Shown: piece by piece, positions 63,312-64,000 of the stretch
Numbering within the stretch: the first letter of the stretch is position 1
Layout: the number at the start of each line of letters is the position of its first letter
NCBI GenBank assembly: GCA_040954595.2
Contig: CM082576.2
Span: 8,497,129 to 8,561,128 of the forward strand
Direction of reading: 5' to 3'
Source: Balanoglossus misakiensis
Lineage: Eukaryota > Animalia > Hemichordata
DNA: 64,000 nt
Position numbers and translations under genes: made by a program
Notes under the pieces: model-generated
The model's database searches: none
Seen by the model: the letters and a program-made list of their open reading frames with translations, nothing else
Told to the model about the DNA's origin: nothing

Positions 63312-64000
63312 GGGTCAAGTGTTTGACTTCCTCTGAATACTGGAAGTAGATTTTGTGTAATTATTTAAATCCTATCACCCTTTTTAATAATATAACCTTT
63401 ACAGTAATGCTAATCATTCAAGATAATACAATTACCAACCATTGAAACAATCAAAAATGCTAGCACAGCATTCTCCCCACAAATTTCTAACCTAAACACA
63501 TAGGAGCTTATTTGTATAACATATGGAGATTGTTATGCTAATATTAAGCTTCTATTGTTTCTCGAAACTGCTAAATAACATGGTGGCCACCATTTTCTTT
63601 TAAATGCTCTTGGGAGATCATTACATATTCATTTACAGATGAAAAAAAATCATTGTTTCCATAATCCTGTTAATTCTTGATTGAATTATAGAAGAACTCA
63701 TCAACTTCGATTGTTCAGCATAATTACACCACCATGTCACAGTCTCACAGACACGCATATTCATTAGCACTTGTGTGGAAGTCACTGATACATTATAAAA
63801 TGGGAGTCATCTGTTACTTTACAATTTTTTTAATTTACACCATTTTTATTTTTTATTTTTTGCTTTCACATTGCAGACTGTTGAACTGATTTTCCAAGAT
63901 ACAATACAACACAATATAATTTTACAAATAAATTAAATTTAAGTAAAACATATTTCACGTAATGTGTAATCTGACAGCATGAATATATGGCACTGCTGAG

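Overview
Eukaryotic (metazoan) genomic DNA with GT-AG introns and many microsatellites and poly-G/C runs. Composition and gene style suggest an invertebrate deuterostome such as an echinoderm, but that is inference only. One minus-strand gene dominates the window: an EH domain-binding protein 1 (EHBP1) orthologue. I assembled it by hand from 22 phase-compatible coding exons (ATG at 56700, stop at 16191; 3609 nt, 1202 aa). It encodes an NT-C2 domain, 8 NPF motifs, a CH domain, a bMERB/Rab-binding coiled coil and a C-terminal CaaX (CILQ). It also has a probable 5'-UTR exon (57388-57466), a probable in-frame 27-nt regulated microexon (24891-24917) and a long candidate 3' UTR reaching about 12.8 kb. 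The first ~12.5 kb is CpG-rich and has no recognisable CDS, but carries several minus-strand promoter and non-coding first-exon signatures. Given the ancient Ehbp1-Otx microsynteny, this is most plausibly the multi-promoter upstream region of an Otx gene lying left of the window, with more candidate enhancers inside EHBP1 introns. No Otx coding sequence is visible, so that identity is inferred. I see no prokaryotic-type system, RNA gene or intact transposon. Apart from ORFs overlapping EHBP1 exons, the six-frame ORFs look spurious or are antisense shadows.
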